This document shows, piece after piece, positions 19,158 through 27,797 of a stretch of DNA of 64,000 bases. Source of the DNA: Flavobacteriaceae bacterium (GTDB lineage Bacteria; Bacteroidota; Bacteroidia; Flavobacteriales; Flavobacteriaceae); the NCBI GenBank assembly GCA_947478365.1, contig CANJWG010000001.1, positions 15,532-79,531 on the forward strand. The letters run 5' to 3'. Under the pieces are notes generated by a model that saw nothing but the letters and a program-made list of their open reading frames with translations, was not told the DNA's origin and ran no database searches. Position 1 is the stretch's first letter. Every line of letters begins with the position of its first letter. Made by a program: the position numbers and the translations under genes.

Positions 19158-19870
19158 TATACATGAATAATTTCGTCTTCAATTAACAAATCTTCTCTTC
19201 GCATGCGTAAAAAGATTTGAGCCACGGCAATTACATCTTTTTCACAATAGATTACAATTCTGTCAATGTCTTTTTCTACATAATAAACGTGTGCCACTTG
19301 ACTTCCGTCAATATCTCCTTTGGGAGAAGGAATCCCCAAAATTTTAGTCATTAGTTTTAAAGAGGTGAAATGTTTGTAGTCGCCAAATTTCCATAACTCT
19401 AAAGTATCCAAATGTGGAATTTCCCATGGCTTTTTCCCAAATAAATTGAGCTTATTTGGAATAGGGATTTGATTGATAATCATTCTTCTGGCAATAAACG
19501 GAATGTCAAACTCTTTAGCATTATGACCACATAAAACATGTTGCGCTTGGTTAAAATGATTTTCTAATAAATTGGAGAAATCTTTTAAAATCTTTTTCTC
19601 ATCACCAAAAAAGGAAGTAACTCTAAAATTTCTAATGTATCCTTTATTTACAAAATACCCAACCGAAATACAAATAATTTTTCCAAACTCGGCCCAAATC
19701 CCGGCGCGGTCATAAAAATCTTCTGGAGTATATTCTTCGCGTCTTTGGTATTGCGTTTTTTGTTCCCAAAGTTGTTTCATATCATCATCCAAAGAAAGAA
19801 AGTTTTCTTCTTCGGGAACAGTTTCAATATCAATAAAAAGAATATTATTGAGATTTATCTTTTCTATCAT
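19157..19870 (-). CDS. 3'-5' exonuclease (PolB-like DEDD family)
   Basis: FIDIET, HNAKEFDIPF, YCEKDV motifs. Confidence 0.9.
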   Translation of the reverse strand: MIEKINLNNILFIDIETVPEEENFLSLDDDMKQLWEQKTQYQRREEYTPEDFYDRAGIWAEFGKIICISVGYFVNKGYIRNFRVTSFFGDEKKILKDFSNLLENHFNQAQHVLCGHNAKEFDIPFIARRMIINQIPIPNKLNLFGKKPWEIPHLDTLELWKFGDYKHFTSLKLMTKILGIPSPKGDIDGSQVAHVYYVEKDIDRIVIYCEKDVIAVAQIFLRMRREDLLIEDEIIHV

Positions 19871-19936
19871 TATATTAAATTTAGGAATTTACGGACGTGA
19901 AATTAAGTAATCAAATTCAAATATGAAAGAAAAAGT

Positions 19937-20083
19937 TTAAAAAAATGATTGCTGCTTTGAAGGATTTTCATGTTCCAATAACCATTTTTCCCCTTCAGTT
20001 AAAACAGATATTTCGTAAATCTCGTGTACATCGCCAACAATTTTGGTGATTCCGAATGGCAATTCTTTGCAGGCGGACTTCAT
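19937..20083 (-). pseudogene. ogt: Collapsed methylated-DNA-protein-cysteine methyltransferase (48-aa remnant)
   Basis: Hand translation MKSACKELPFGITKIVGDVHEIYEISVLTEGEKWLLEHENPSKQQSFF*: Ogt-like N-terminus fused to KWLLEHE C-terminus, no PCHR active site. Confidence 0.75.
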
Positions 20084-20126
20084 TATAGCTTATTTACTCG
20101 CGATGTTTGCAAAGTTCGCAGTGAAA

Positions 20127-20495
20127 TTATTTTGAAAAGCTAAAAATGTAATCTTCCAGCGCTTTCAATTCCTTTTCGCTCATACTTTTAGTGATGGCAA
20201 AGTTGGCTTTCATAATATCATATTGACTTGGGTCAATTATGGGTTCGCTTTCTTCTTGTAGAAAGGAAACAATGCTCCCTTTTTTTGCTTTGTAGATTTT
20301 AGCAATCTCTTGTAAACTTGGACCAATAATTTTCTGATCGGATTTATGACAGGCAATACAATTCCCTTCGCCTTCAAAAAGTTCCTGCCCTGAAATTTTT
20401 GTTGCTGTTTCGTCTACAGAAGTTTCGAATTTATCCTCTTTGGATTTACAGGAAAACAGACAAAATAAAATTATTATTAATGATAGTTTTTTCAT
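20127..20495 (-). CDS. c-type cytochrome lipoprotein
   Basis: Lipobox LFSC, CIACH heme-binding motif, IGPSL. Confidence 0.9.
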   Translation of the reverse strand: MKKLSLIIILFCLFSCKSKEDKFETSVDETATKISGQELFEGEGNCIACHKSDQKIIGPSLQEIAKIYKAKKGSIVSFLQEESEPIIDPSQYDIMKANFAITKSMSEKELKALEDYIFSFSK

Positions 20496-20513
20496 TTAAA
20501 AAAATAATACCCC

Positions 20514-20532
20514 GAATGTCCACTGGACATTC
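20514..20532. repeat. Palindrome GAATGTCCA-C-TGGACATTC
   Basis: Perfect 9-1-9 palindrome; related copy at 51285-51304. Confidence 0.7.
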
Positions 20533-20543
20533 TCCTCTTAATA

Positions 20544-21575
20544 TCAAATATTCAATAAAACAGCCGCTTCTTTGGCAAAATAAGTCGAAATCAAACTTGC
20601 TCCTGCTCTTTTGATGCACATTAATTGTTCCATCATAATTTTGTCGTGGTCGAGCCATCCTCTTTCGGACGCAGCTTTAATCATGGCATATTCGCCCGAA
20701 ACGTGGAAAACCGTTACCGGAACATTGACTGCGTTTTTGACTTCTCGAACGATATCAAGATACGCAATTCCTGGTTTTACCATAACCATATCAGCGCCTT
20801 CTTCCACATCCATAAGGGCTTCTTTTATTGCTTCAATGCGATTGGCATAATCCATTTGATAGGTTTTTTTGTCTTTTGGCACTTCGACAGGCTCAGTATT
20901 AGATTTATTGTCTTTTGGCGCACTGTCTAAAGCATCTCGAAACGGCCCATAAAATGCTGAAGCATATTTAGCTGAATAGCTCATGATTCCAACATTTGAA
21001 AATCCGGCAGCATCTAAACCTTGACGAAGTCGTAAAACACGTCCGTCCATCATGTCGCTTGGCGCCACAAAATCGGCTCCTGCTTGAGCATGAGAAACAG
21101 CCATTTTTACTAAGGCATCATTAGTAGCATCGTTGGCAACATCGCCGCCTTGCCTGCCGGCAGGCAGGTTTTCAATAATTCCATCGTGACCATAAATAGA
21201 ATAGGGATCCAAAGCAACATCGGGCATAACAATCATTTCTGGGCAAGCATTTTTGATGGCTTTGATAGCTTGCTGCATCAATCCATTTTGATTCCAAGCT
21301 TCTTTTCCGGTGTTGTCTTTTAAACTTTCATCAACTTTTACATAGATATTTACAGCTCTGATTCCGAGAGCAAAAACTTCTTTAACTTCTTCCACTGTTA
21401 AATCGATAGATCGACGAAAAATCCCAGGCATGGATGGGATTTCCAATTTATAATTTTCGCCTTCTGTAATGAACATTGGGAACATAAAGTCTGATGGGGA
21501 GAGTGTTGTTTCTCTAACAATGGTTCTTATTGCTTCTGATGTTCTTAATCTTCTGCCTCTTTGTAATGGGAACAT
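20544..21575 (-). CDS. hemB: Porphobilinogen synthase (carries two apparent in-frame repeat inserts)
   Basis: DVALDPY, APSDMMDGR, SYSAKYASAFYGPFRDA, MVKPG, VSGEYAM. Confidence 0.97.
   Translation of the reverse strand: MFPLQRGRRLRTSEAIRTIVRETTLSPSDFMFPMFITEGENYKLEIPSMPGIFRRSIDLTVEEVKEVFALGIRAVNIYVKVDESLKDNTGKEAWNQNGLMQQAIKAIKNACPEMIVMPDVALDPYSIYGHDGIIENLPAGRQGGDVANDATNDALVKMAVSHAQAGADFVAPSDMMDGRVLRLRQGLDAAGFSNVGIMSYSAKYASAFYGPFRDALDSAPKDNKSNTEPVEVPKDKKTYQMDYANRIEAIKEALMDVEEGADMVMVKPGIAYLDIVREVKNAVNVPVTVFHVSGEYAMIKAASERGWLDHDKIMMEQLMCIKRAGASLISTYFAKEAAVLLNI
20879..20897. repeat. GCACTTCGAC..GCTCAGT element within hemB
   Basis: GCACTTCGACAGGCTCAGT matches intergenic GCACTTCGACTGCGCTCAGT at 45268-45287; encodes TEPVEV. 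Confidence 0.75.
21147..21168. repeat. GC-rich palindrome within hemB
   Basis: Perfect 16-bp palindrome TGCCTGCCGGCAGGCA (21151-21166); encodes LPAGRQG. Confidence 0.85.
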
Positions 21576-21577
21576 AG

Positions 21578-21616
21578 TTTTCGATTTAGGATTTTCGATT
21601 TAGGATTTAGGATTTG
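21578..21616. repeat. Tandem 7-mer array (TTTTCGA/TTTAGGA)
   Basis: ttttcga tttagga ttttcga tttagga tttagga; overlaps hemF 3' end. Confidence 0.8.
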
Positions 21617-22523
21617 CTTCCAAAACCCAATCGATTGGATTCATTAATACTTTAATTAATTTTTCTTCTTCACTTCCAACTTCCGGATGATGGTCATAAG
21701 CCCATTGCACATGTGGCGGTAAACTCATCAAGATGCTTTCAATTCGACCGTTTGTTTTTAATCCAAACAACGTTCCTTTATCGTGGACTAAATTAAATTC
21801 GACATAACGCCCTCGACGTATTTCTTGCCAAGTTCGTTGCGCGGCAGTATAATTTAAATCTTTTCTTTTTTCCACAATTGGAACGTATGCTTCAAGGAAA
21901 CTATTGCCAACTTCTGAAACAAAGTTAAACCAATTTTCCATTGTCATGTCTTCTGAATCTTTACAATAATCGAAAAACAAACCGCCAATGCCACGAGCTT
22001 CATTTCGGTGTGCATTCCAAAAATAAGCGTCGCATTGCCTTTTAAATTTAGGATAAAATTCCGTATTATGTTTGTCGCAAGCTATTTTACAGGTTTGGTG
22101 AAAATGTTTTGCGTCTTCCTCAAACAGATAATAAGGTGTTAAATCTTGTCCGCCACCAAACCAAGAATTTATTATTTTTCCATCATCATCGTACATTTCA
22201 AAATAGCGCCAATTAGCATGAACAGTCGGCACCAAGGGATTTTTAGGATGAATGACTAAACTCAATCCACAGGCAAAAAAATCGGCTGCACCAACATTAA
22301 ACATTTTTTGCATGGCTTCGGGTAATTTTCCGTGAACGGCAGAAATGTTTACACCACCTTTTTCAAAAACTTCCCCGTTTTCAATCACACGTGTTTTTCC
22401 ACCGCCACCTTCAGGTCGTTCCCATATGTCTTCACGGAATTTGGCCACGCCATCGACTACTTCTAGGGCTGAAGTGATTTGGCCTTGGAGTTGGAGGATA
22501 TATGTATAAAAGTTGTCTTTCAT
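21600..22523 (-). CDS. hemF: Oxygen-dependent coproporphyrinogen III oxidase
   Basis: FEKGGVNIS, HANWRYF, WFGGGQDLTP, RRGRYVEFNL. Confidence 0.97.
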   Translation of the reverse strand: MKDNFYTYILQLQGQITSALEVVDGVAKFREDIWERPEGGGGKTRVIENGEVFEKGGVNISAVHGKLPEAMQKMFNVGAADFFACGLSLVIHPKNPLVPTVHANWRYFEMYDDDGKIINSWFGGGQDLTPYYLFEEDAKHFHQTCKIACDKHNTEFYPKFKRQCDAYFWNAHRNEARGIGGLFFDYCKDSEDMTMENWFNFVSEVGNSFLEAYVPIVEKRKDLNYTAAQRTWQEIRRGRYVEFNLVHDKGTLFGLKTNGRIESILMSLPPHVQWAYDHHPEVGSEEEKLIKVLMNPIDWVLEANPKS

Positions 22524-22529
22524 TAAAAT

Positions 22530-22594
22530 TAGTTTTCAGTCGCAGTTTTCAGTCGCAGAATTGAAACTGGAAACTGTGACTGTGACTGCCTACT
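22530..22594. repeat. Inverted CAGT/ACTG 6-7-mer array
   Basis: TAGTTTTCAGTCGCAGTTTTCAGTCGCAG..AAACTGGAAACTGTGACTGTGACTGCCTACT. Confidence 0.8.
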
Positions 22595-23615
22595 TATTAT
22601 ATTCTTTCACCGCCTCCACAAAAGCCTTCGCATGATCAACAGGAATATTTGGTAAAATGCCGTGACCAAGATTTACGATATAATTGTCTGCCCCGAATTC
22701 ATTTATCATTTGATGCACCATTTTTTTGATAGTTGGTATTGGAGAAAGCAAACGACTTGGGTCAAAATTCCCTTGAAGGGTTATTCTTCCACCTGATAAA
22801 TAACGGGCATTTCTTGCTGAACAGGTCCAGTCAACACCAAGTGCTGACGCTTTTGATTTTGCCATATCATTCAAAGCAAACCAACACCCTTTCCCGAATA
22901 CAATTACCTTTGTATCTTCGGCTAAAGCTTCAACGATTTGGTTAATATATGGCCATGAAAATTCGTTATAATCAACTGGTGATAACATTCCGCCCCACGA
23001 ATCAAAAATTTGAATGGCATTGCAACCTGCTTTTACTTTTTCTTTCAAGTACAAAATGGTAGTGTCGGTGATTTTTTGTAATAATGTATGTGCTGCAACT
23101 GGATTTGAGAAACAGAATGCTTTAGCAGTGTCAAAGCTTTTTGAACCTTTCCCTTCCACAGCATAACAAAAAATTGTCCATGGTGACCCTGCAAAACCGA
23201 TTAGTGGAACCTCATCGTTCAGCATTTCCTTAGTCAATTTTATCGCGTCAAAAACGTAACCTAAGGTTTCGTACATATCTGGAACAAAAACTTGATTCAC
23301 TTGATCCATTGTTCGAATTGGATTTGGAATTATTGGCCCCAAATTATCCTTCAGCTCTACGTGAATTCCCATAGCACGTGGCACCACCAAAATATCAGAA
23401 AACAAAATGGCCGCATCTGGTTTTACGATTCTAATAGGTTGTACAGTTATTTCGGCAGCTAATTCCGGTGTTTCGCAACGAGTGAAAAAATCATATTTGT
23501 CGCGTAACGCTCTAAATTCGGGTAAATATCTCCCAGCCTGACGCATCATCCAAACTGGAGGACGCTCAACGGTTTCGTTATTTAAGGCTCTTAAAAAAAG
23601 GTCGTTTTTAATCAT
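22590..23615 (-). CDS. hemE: Uroporphyrinogen decarboxylase
   Basis: [32 protein letters not shown]. Confidence 0.97.
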   Translation of the reverse strand: MIKNDLFLRALNNETVERPPVWMMRQAGRYLPEFRALRDKYDFFTRCETPELAAEITVQPIRIVKPDAAILFSDILVVPRAMGIHVELKDNLGPIIPNPIRTMDQVNQVFVPDMYETLGYVFDAIKLTKEMLNDEVPLIGFAGSPWTIFCYAVEGKGSKSFDTAKAFCFSNPVAAHTLLQKITDTTILYLKEKVKAGCNAIQIFDSWGGMLSPVDYNEFSWPYINQIVEALAEDTKVIVFGKGCWFALNDMAKSKASALGVDWTCSARNARYLSGGRITLQGNFDPSRLLSPIPTIKKMVHQMINEFGADNYIVNLGHGILPNIPVDHAKAFVEAVKEYNK

Positions 23616-23621
23616 TGTTAT

Positions 23622-23690
23622 TAAGCGTTAGGCTTTAGGCAATATGCTTTAAGCTCTTATTATTATTTTTGCATACAGCATAAAGCTTAG
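23622..23690. repeat. Inverted 7-mer array (TAGGCTT..AAGCTTA)
   Basis: taagcgt taggctt taggcaa tatgctt taagctc ... gcataca gcataaa gcttag. Confidence 0.7.
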
Positions 23691-24361
23691 ATCCTATTGC
23701 TGTAAAATTCTACACATTTCATTACTACGCTTTCCATTGTTGGCTGGTTGGCGATCATTCTGTTTGTTGTTATATATTTTAATGCTTCGGCTGTTGTGTT
23801 GCCGATACAAAAACAAATTTTATCGTCGATTTTATTTTCCTGCAGATAACTTTCTACCGCTGATGGACTAAAAAATAGTATTCCATTTGGTATGAAAGGG
23901 ATTTCATGTGTTGTTAAAACCGTTTCATACACTTCAATCTCATCTAACGTAATTTGAACCAATCGCAATGCATCAGGCAAAAAGTCTCTTCTAATATTTC
24001 CACAAAAAAAGGTAAAACTGTTTTTTGAATATTGGCTACAAATAATCAATGCTAATTCTGCAGCATAGGCCGAATATTCAATAACTTCAAATCCATTTTC
24101 TTCCAACAAAGCTTTAGTTTTTTCGCCAACACAAAAACATTTTCTGCTTTTTATTTCTACTAATTTTTTATTTCTAAGAACACTTTCTACTGCATTTTGA
24201 CTCGTAAAAATTAAATAATCGTTCGTTGTTTCAATATCAAAATCTTTGTTTTGAATGGAAATAAAATCCTGGTCAAAAACCGAAAAATTCGCAATCAACA
24301 ATATTTGCTTTTGTCTTTCTGAAAGCTTCTTTGTTGATACTATGCAAATTTGATTTTGCAT
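23687..24361 (-). CDS. hemD: Uroporphyrinogen-III synthase
   Basis: IFTSQNAV, CVGEKT, VYET, FFSPSAV, CIGNTTA; position in hem operon. Confidence 0.92.
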   Translation of the reverse strand: MQNQICIVSTKKLSERQKQILLIANFSVFDQDFISIQNKDFDIETTNDYLIFTSQNAVESVLRNKKLVEIKSRKCFCVGEKTKALLEENGFEVIEYSAYAAELALIICSQYSKNSFTFFCGNIRRDFLPDALRLVQITLDEIEVYETVLTTHEIPFIPNGILFFSPSAVESYLQENKIDDKICFCIGNTTAEALKYITTNRMIANQPTMESVVMKCVEFYSNRI

Positions 24362-25287
24362 TATTTTTTCAATCCGTTTTTGATTTCTTTCATCAGCTTG
24401 TCACCCCCATTCCCTAAAATTTCCTGAGCCGAATTAAATCCTAATTTCTTCCACTCTATAATGTCTACCTTTTTTTCAATGTCAATTTTTTGTTTCCCGT
24501 CTATCGATAACAAAACTCCTTTAAAATCTATCGTGTCATCCTCTTCGTTATATTTTGCAAGAGCTCCTATTGGCGCAGTACATCCGCCTTCGAGTGTTCT
24601 TAAAAATTGCCTTTCGATATAAGTGCATATTTCGGTTTCTATATCGTTGAGTTGTGAAAGGGCATCAATGGTAAACGAATCATTTTCCATTGCAACTATA
24701 ACCATTGCCCCTTGTGCCGGAGCTGGAATCATCCAGTCCAAATTGATGAAACTATCCGGTTTTAAGTTGATTCGTTCCAAACCCGCTGCGGCAAAAACAG
24801 CTGCTTCCCAGTCGTTATCTTTCAGTTTTTGCATTCTGGTATTTACATTTCCGCGTAAATCAACAACCTTGTGATTTGGATATTTATTCCACCATTGTGC
24901 TTGGCGACGTAAGCTTCCTGTGGCAATTGTTGCTTCTTTATTAAGAAAATCGAGACCTCCTTTGTGTACCAATATATCCAAGACGTTTGCTCTTTTTAAA
25001 ACAGCTGCCTGCACAATTCCTTTAGGTAAAGCTGTTGGAACATCTTTCATTGAATGCACCGCTATATCGACTTGACCATTTATCATGGCAATGTCTAAAG
25101 TTTTTGTAAAAATTCCAGTTATTCCAAGTTCGTATAATGGTTTGTCAAGCATAATATCGCCATCCGACTTAACAGTAATAATTTCTGTTTTATACCCAAA
25201 ATCTTGAAGTTGTTTTTGAACCGAGTTGGCTTGCCAAAGAGCTAATTGGCTATCACGAGTTCCTATGCGAATGGTTTTTTTGGTCAC
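24361..25287 (-). CDS. hemC: Hydroxymethylbilane synthase
   Basis: IGTRDSQLALWQA, AVHSMKDVP, LRGNVNTR, GGCTAPIG. Confidence 0.97.
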   Translation of the reverse strand: MTKKTIRIGTRDSQLALWQANSVQKQLQDFGYKTEIITVKSDGDIMLDKPLYELGITGIFTKTLDIAMINGQVDIAVHSMKDVPTALPKGIVQAAVLKRANVLDILVHKGGLDFLNKEATIATGSLRRQAQWWNKYPNHKVVDLRGNVNTRMQKLKDNDWEAAVFAAAGLERINLKPDSFINLDWMIPAPAQGAMVIVAMENDSFTIDALSQLNDIETEICTYIERQFLRTLEGGCTAPIGALAKYNEEDDTIDFKGVLLSIDGKQKIDIEKKVDIIEWKKLGFNSAQEILGNGGDKLMKEIKNGLKK

Positions 25288-25319
25288 TTTGTTTTATTTT
25301 TCAAGTAAAAAGTAACTTA

Positions 25320-26579
25320 TTAAAAGAATGATTTCTCTTGTTCTAATTGAAATACTTTTTCAATCCACTCAATTCCTTCATCCATTGAATCACCATCTTT
25401 TAGTTGATTTACAAAATGATTAGTAATTTTTTGAATTATTCTATTGCTAATTAATTCGGCTTGTTCTTCGTTAAAATTAGAATACTTTTTACGTTGTACA
25501 TTCAACTCCCCTTCTTTAATGGCGTTTAATTTTTCTTTTAATGCTTGAATGGTTGGAGCAAACTTTCTGTTTTTTGTCCAAGCTGTAAATTCATCTTTTA
25601 TTTCATCTATGATTGCTTCAGCTGCAGGTATATGCAGTTTGCGATTCTCGAGTGTTTCGTCAGTAATTTGAGATAGGTGATCTAAATGAATCAATGTAAC
25701 ACCATTTATTTCCTGAACATTTTCGTTTACATTTTTCGGAATTGACAAATCTAAAATCAACAATGGTTTTTTTAGATTCAATATTGCTTTGTCAACTGTT
25801 GGGTTCTGTGCTCCAGTTGCAACAACAACAACGTCAGCGTTTTGCAATTCTAATTGCAAATCGGCGTAATCTTTTACAATAACATCTAGTTTTTGAGCCA
25901 ATTTTTCGGCTTTGTCTTTTGTCCTATTGATTAAAGTTATATGGTCGTGCTTGGTATGTTTTACCAAATTTTCGCAAGTGTTTCTCCCAATTTTTCCTGT
26001 TCCGAAAAGAAGAATGTTTTTATTGGCAATGTCTTCAACGTTTCTAATAATATATTGAACAGAGGCAAATGAAACAGAAGTAGCGCCAGTAGAAATTTCG
26101 GTTTCGGTTTTTATTTTTTTACTAGCTTGGATAACGGAATTTACTAATCTTTCCATAAAAGAATTTACTAATCCGTTTGATTTACTTTGAATAAAAGCAA
26201 TTTTTAACTGACTGATAATTTCAAAATCTCCTAAAATTTGGCTGTCTAAGCCCGTTCCTACACGAAACATATGACTTACAGCTTCTTGATTTTTAAATAT
26301 ATATGCTACTTCTTGGAATTCTTCAACAGTTCCTTTGCTGTTCTCACAAAGCAATTTGATTAACTCGTATGGATGATTGGCAAATCCATAAATTTCAGTT
26401 CTATTACAGGTTGAAGTAACGATTAAAGATTCAATCCCTTCAGCTTCGGCTTGCATTAACAAGGTTGATTTCGCATTTGCATCCAAGCTAAACTTCCCTC
26501 TTAGTTCTGCATCTGCTTTTTTATAACTTAATCCAATGGCATAAAAAGAAGTGTGCTTAGTCATATTATAATTTTCCAT
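25320..26579 (-). CDS. hemA: Glutamyl-tRNA reductase
   Basis: STCNRTEIY, GLDSQILGDFEI, DLSIPKNV. Confidence 0.96.
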   Translation of the reverse strand: MENYNMTKHTSFYAIGLSYKKADAELRGKFSLDANAKSTLLMQAEAEGIESLIVTSTCNRTEIYGFANHPYELIKLLCENSKGTVEEFQEVAYIFKNQEAVSHMFRVGTGLDSQILGDFEIISQLKIAFIQSKSNGLVNSFMERLVNSVIQASKKIKTETEISTGATSVSFASVQYIIRNVEDIANKNILLFGTGKIGRNTCENLVKHTKHDHITLINRTKDKAEKLAQKLDVIVKDYADLQLELQNADVVVVATGAQNPTVDKAILNLKKPLLILDLSIPKNVNENVQEINGVTLIHLDHLSQITDETLENRKLHIPAAEAIIDEIKDEFTAWTKNRKFAPTIQALKEKLNAIKEGELNVQRKKYSNFNEEQAELISNRIIQKITNHFVNQLKDGDSMDEGIEWIEKVFQLEQEKSFF

Positions 26580-26604
26580 ATTCTACTTTACCTAAAAAGT
26601 ACAA

Positions 26605-26661
26605 CAAAACTATTGTTAACTAATTTATAAAAGTAACGCTTAAAGTACAATTTGTATCGCT
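26605..26661 (-). promoter_or_regulatory. hemA promoter (-7 TAGTTTTG) with 21-bp-spaced direct repeats GTA(A/T)CGCT
   Basis: CAAAACTA at 26605-26612; GTAACGCT at 26633-26640 and GTATCGCT at 26654-26661. Confidence 0.5.
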
Positions 26662-26706
26662 GTGAGATATTTTATTTACGAATTATCTTTTTAGGGTTAT
26701 TTATTA

Positions 26707-26765
26707 TAAATTTGTACTGAAATCAAGTGCTAACAATTTTATTATATAGACTGGTTCTAAATAAT
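26707..26765 (+). promoter_or_regulatory. Promoter (-7 TAAATTTG) and Fur-like box upstream of the AraC gene
   Basis: TAAATTTG 26707-26714; ATTATATAGA-CTGGT-TCTAAATAAT 26741-26765 (10-5-10, one mismatch). Confidence 0.6.
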
Positions 26766-26807
26766 ATTTTTACTTGACCTCAAAAATATATACAAAAAAA
26801 TATCGCT

Positions 26808-27680
26808 ATGGGTTCTCAAGAAATAATAACAATTGAAAATGATTTCACCCTAATTCGTTTTCAAAGTGATGAAAATGAAAGTTTTCATGTAAAAAAGCAT
26901 ATTAATCAAGGACTAATCCAATTTCATTTTGGTATCAAGGGCAAAGCTAAATTTGTATTTAATGAAGGAACTTATGCTTTAGATTTAAGGGAAGAAAAAT
27001 CATTGCTTTTTTATAACCCTCAGAAAGAATTGCCTTTGAATTTAGAATTAATGCCTAATTCTTGGGTGATTTCAGTAATAATTTCCATCCAAAAATTTCA
27101 TGGGTTATTCTCTAAGGATGCAAATCATATCCCGTTTTTAAGCGACGAGAATAAAGACCGTAAATATTATAAAGAGAATGATATAAGCCCATCGATGGCA
27201 ATAGTATTAAGCCAACTTTTTCATTATAACTTAAATCCACAAATAAAAAATTTATATTATAAAGGCAAAGGTTACGAATTGTTGAGTTTGTATTTCAATC
27301 GTTCCGAAGATCCGGATGCAGAGCAATGTCCGTTTTTAATTGATGAAGAAAATGTGTTGAAAATTAGAAAAGCCAAAGAAATTATTATTACAAACATGGC
27401 GGAACCGCCTGGTTTAGAAGAACTCTCAGATCAAGTTGGATTAAGTCTGAAAAAGCTAAAAATGGGTTTTAAGCAAATTTATGGCGATACGGTTTATGGC
27501 TATTTATTTGATTATAAAATGGATTATGCTAGACAATTATTAGACAGCGGCTCATATAATGTAAACGAAGTTGGGCTAAAAATTGGCTACAGTACCGGAA
27601 GTCATTTTATTGCTGCTTTCAAAAAGAAATTTGCCACAACTCCAAAAAAATATTTAATGTCATTAAACCAAAATACATAA
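26808..27680 (+). CDS. AraC family transcriptional regulator
   Basis: C-terminal double HTH (LKKLKMGFKQIYG..NVNEVGLKIGYS..HFIAAFKKKF..TPK). Confidence 0.95.
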   Translation: MGSQEIITIENDFTLIRFQSDENESFHVKKHINQGLIQFHFGIKGKAKFVFNEGTYALDLREEKSLLFYNPQKELPLNLELMPNSWVISVIISIQKFHGLFSKDANHIPFLSDENKDRKYYKENDISPSMAIVLSQLFHYNLNPQIKNLYYKGKGYELLSLYFNRSEDPDAEQCPFLIDEENVLKIRKAKEIIITNMAEPPGLEELSDQVGLSLKKLKMGFKQIYGDTVYGYLFDYKMDYARQLLDSGSYNVNEVGLKIGYSTGSHFIAAFKKKFATTPKKYLMSLNQNT

Positions 27681-27747
27681 TCTAACCGATTTCGTATTCC
27701 AAATACAAATAAAAAAGAAGTTCTTTACATTTATAAATTTAAAATTC

Positions 27748-27786
27748 AGATTCCTCATCCAAAATTTTTGGGTTAGGAATGACAAA
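27748..27786. repeat. Single REP-like unit (AGATTCC..GGAATGACAAA)
   Basis: Ends match the right arm of 61053-61130; internal loop differs. Confidence 0.65.
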
Positions 27787-27797
27787 AAAAGAAAACT

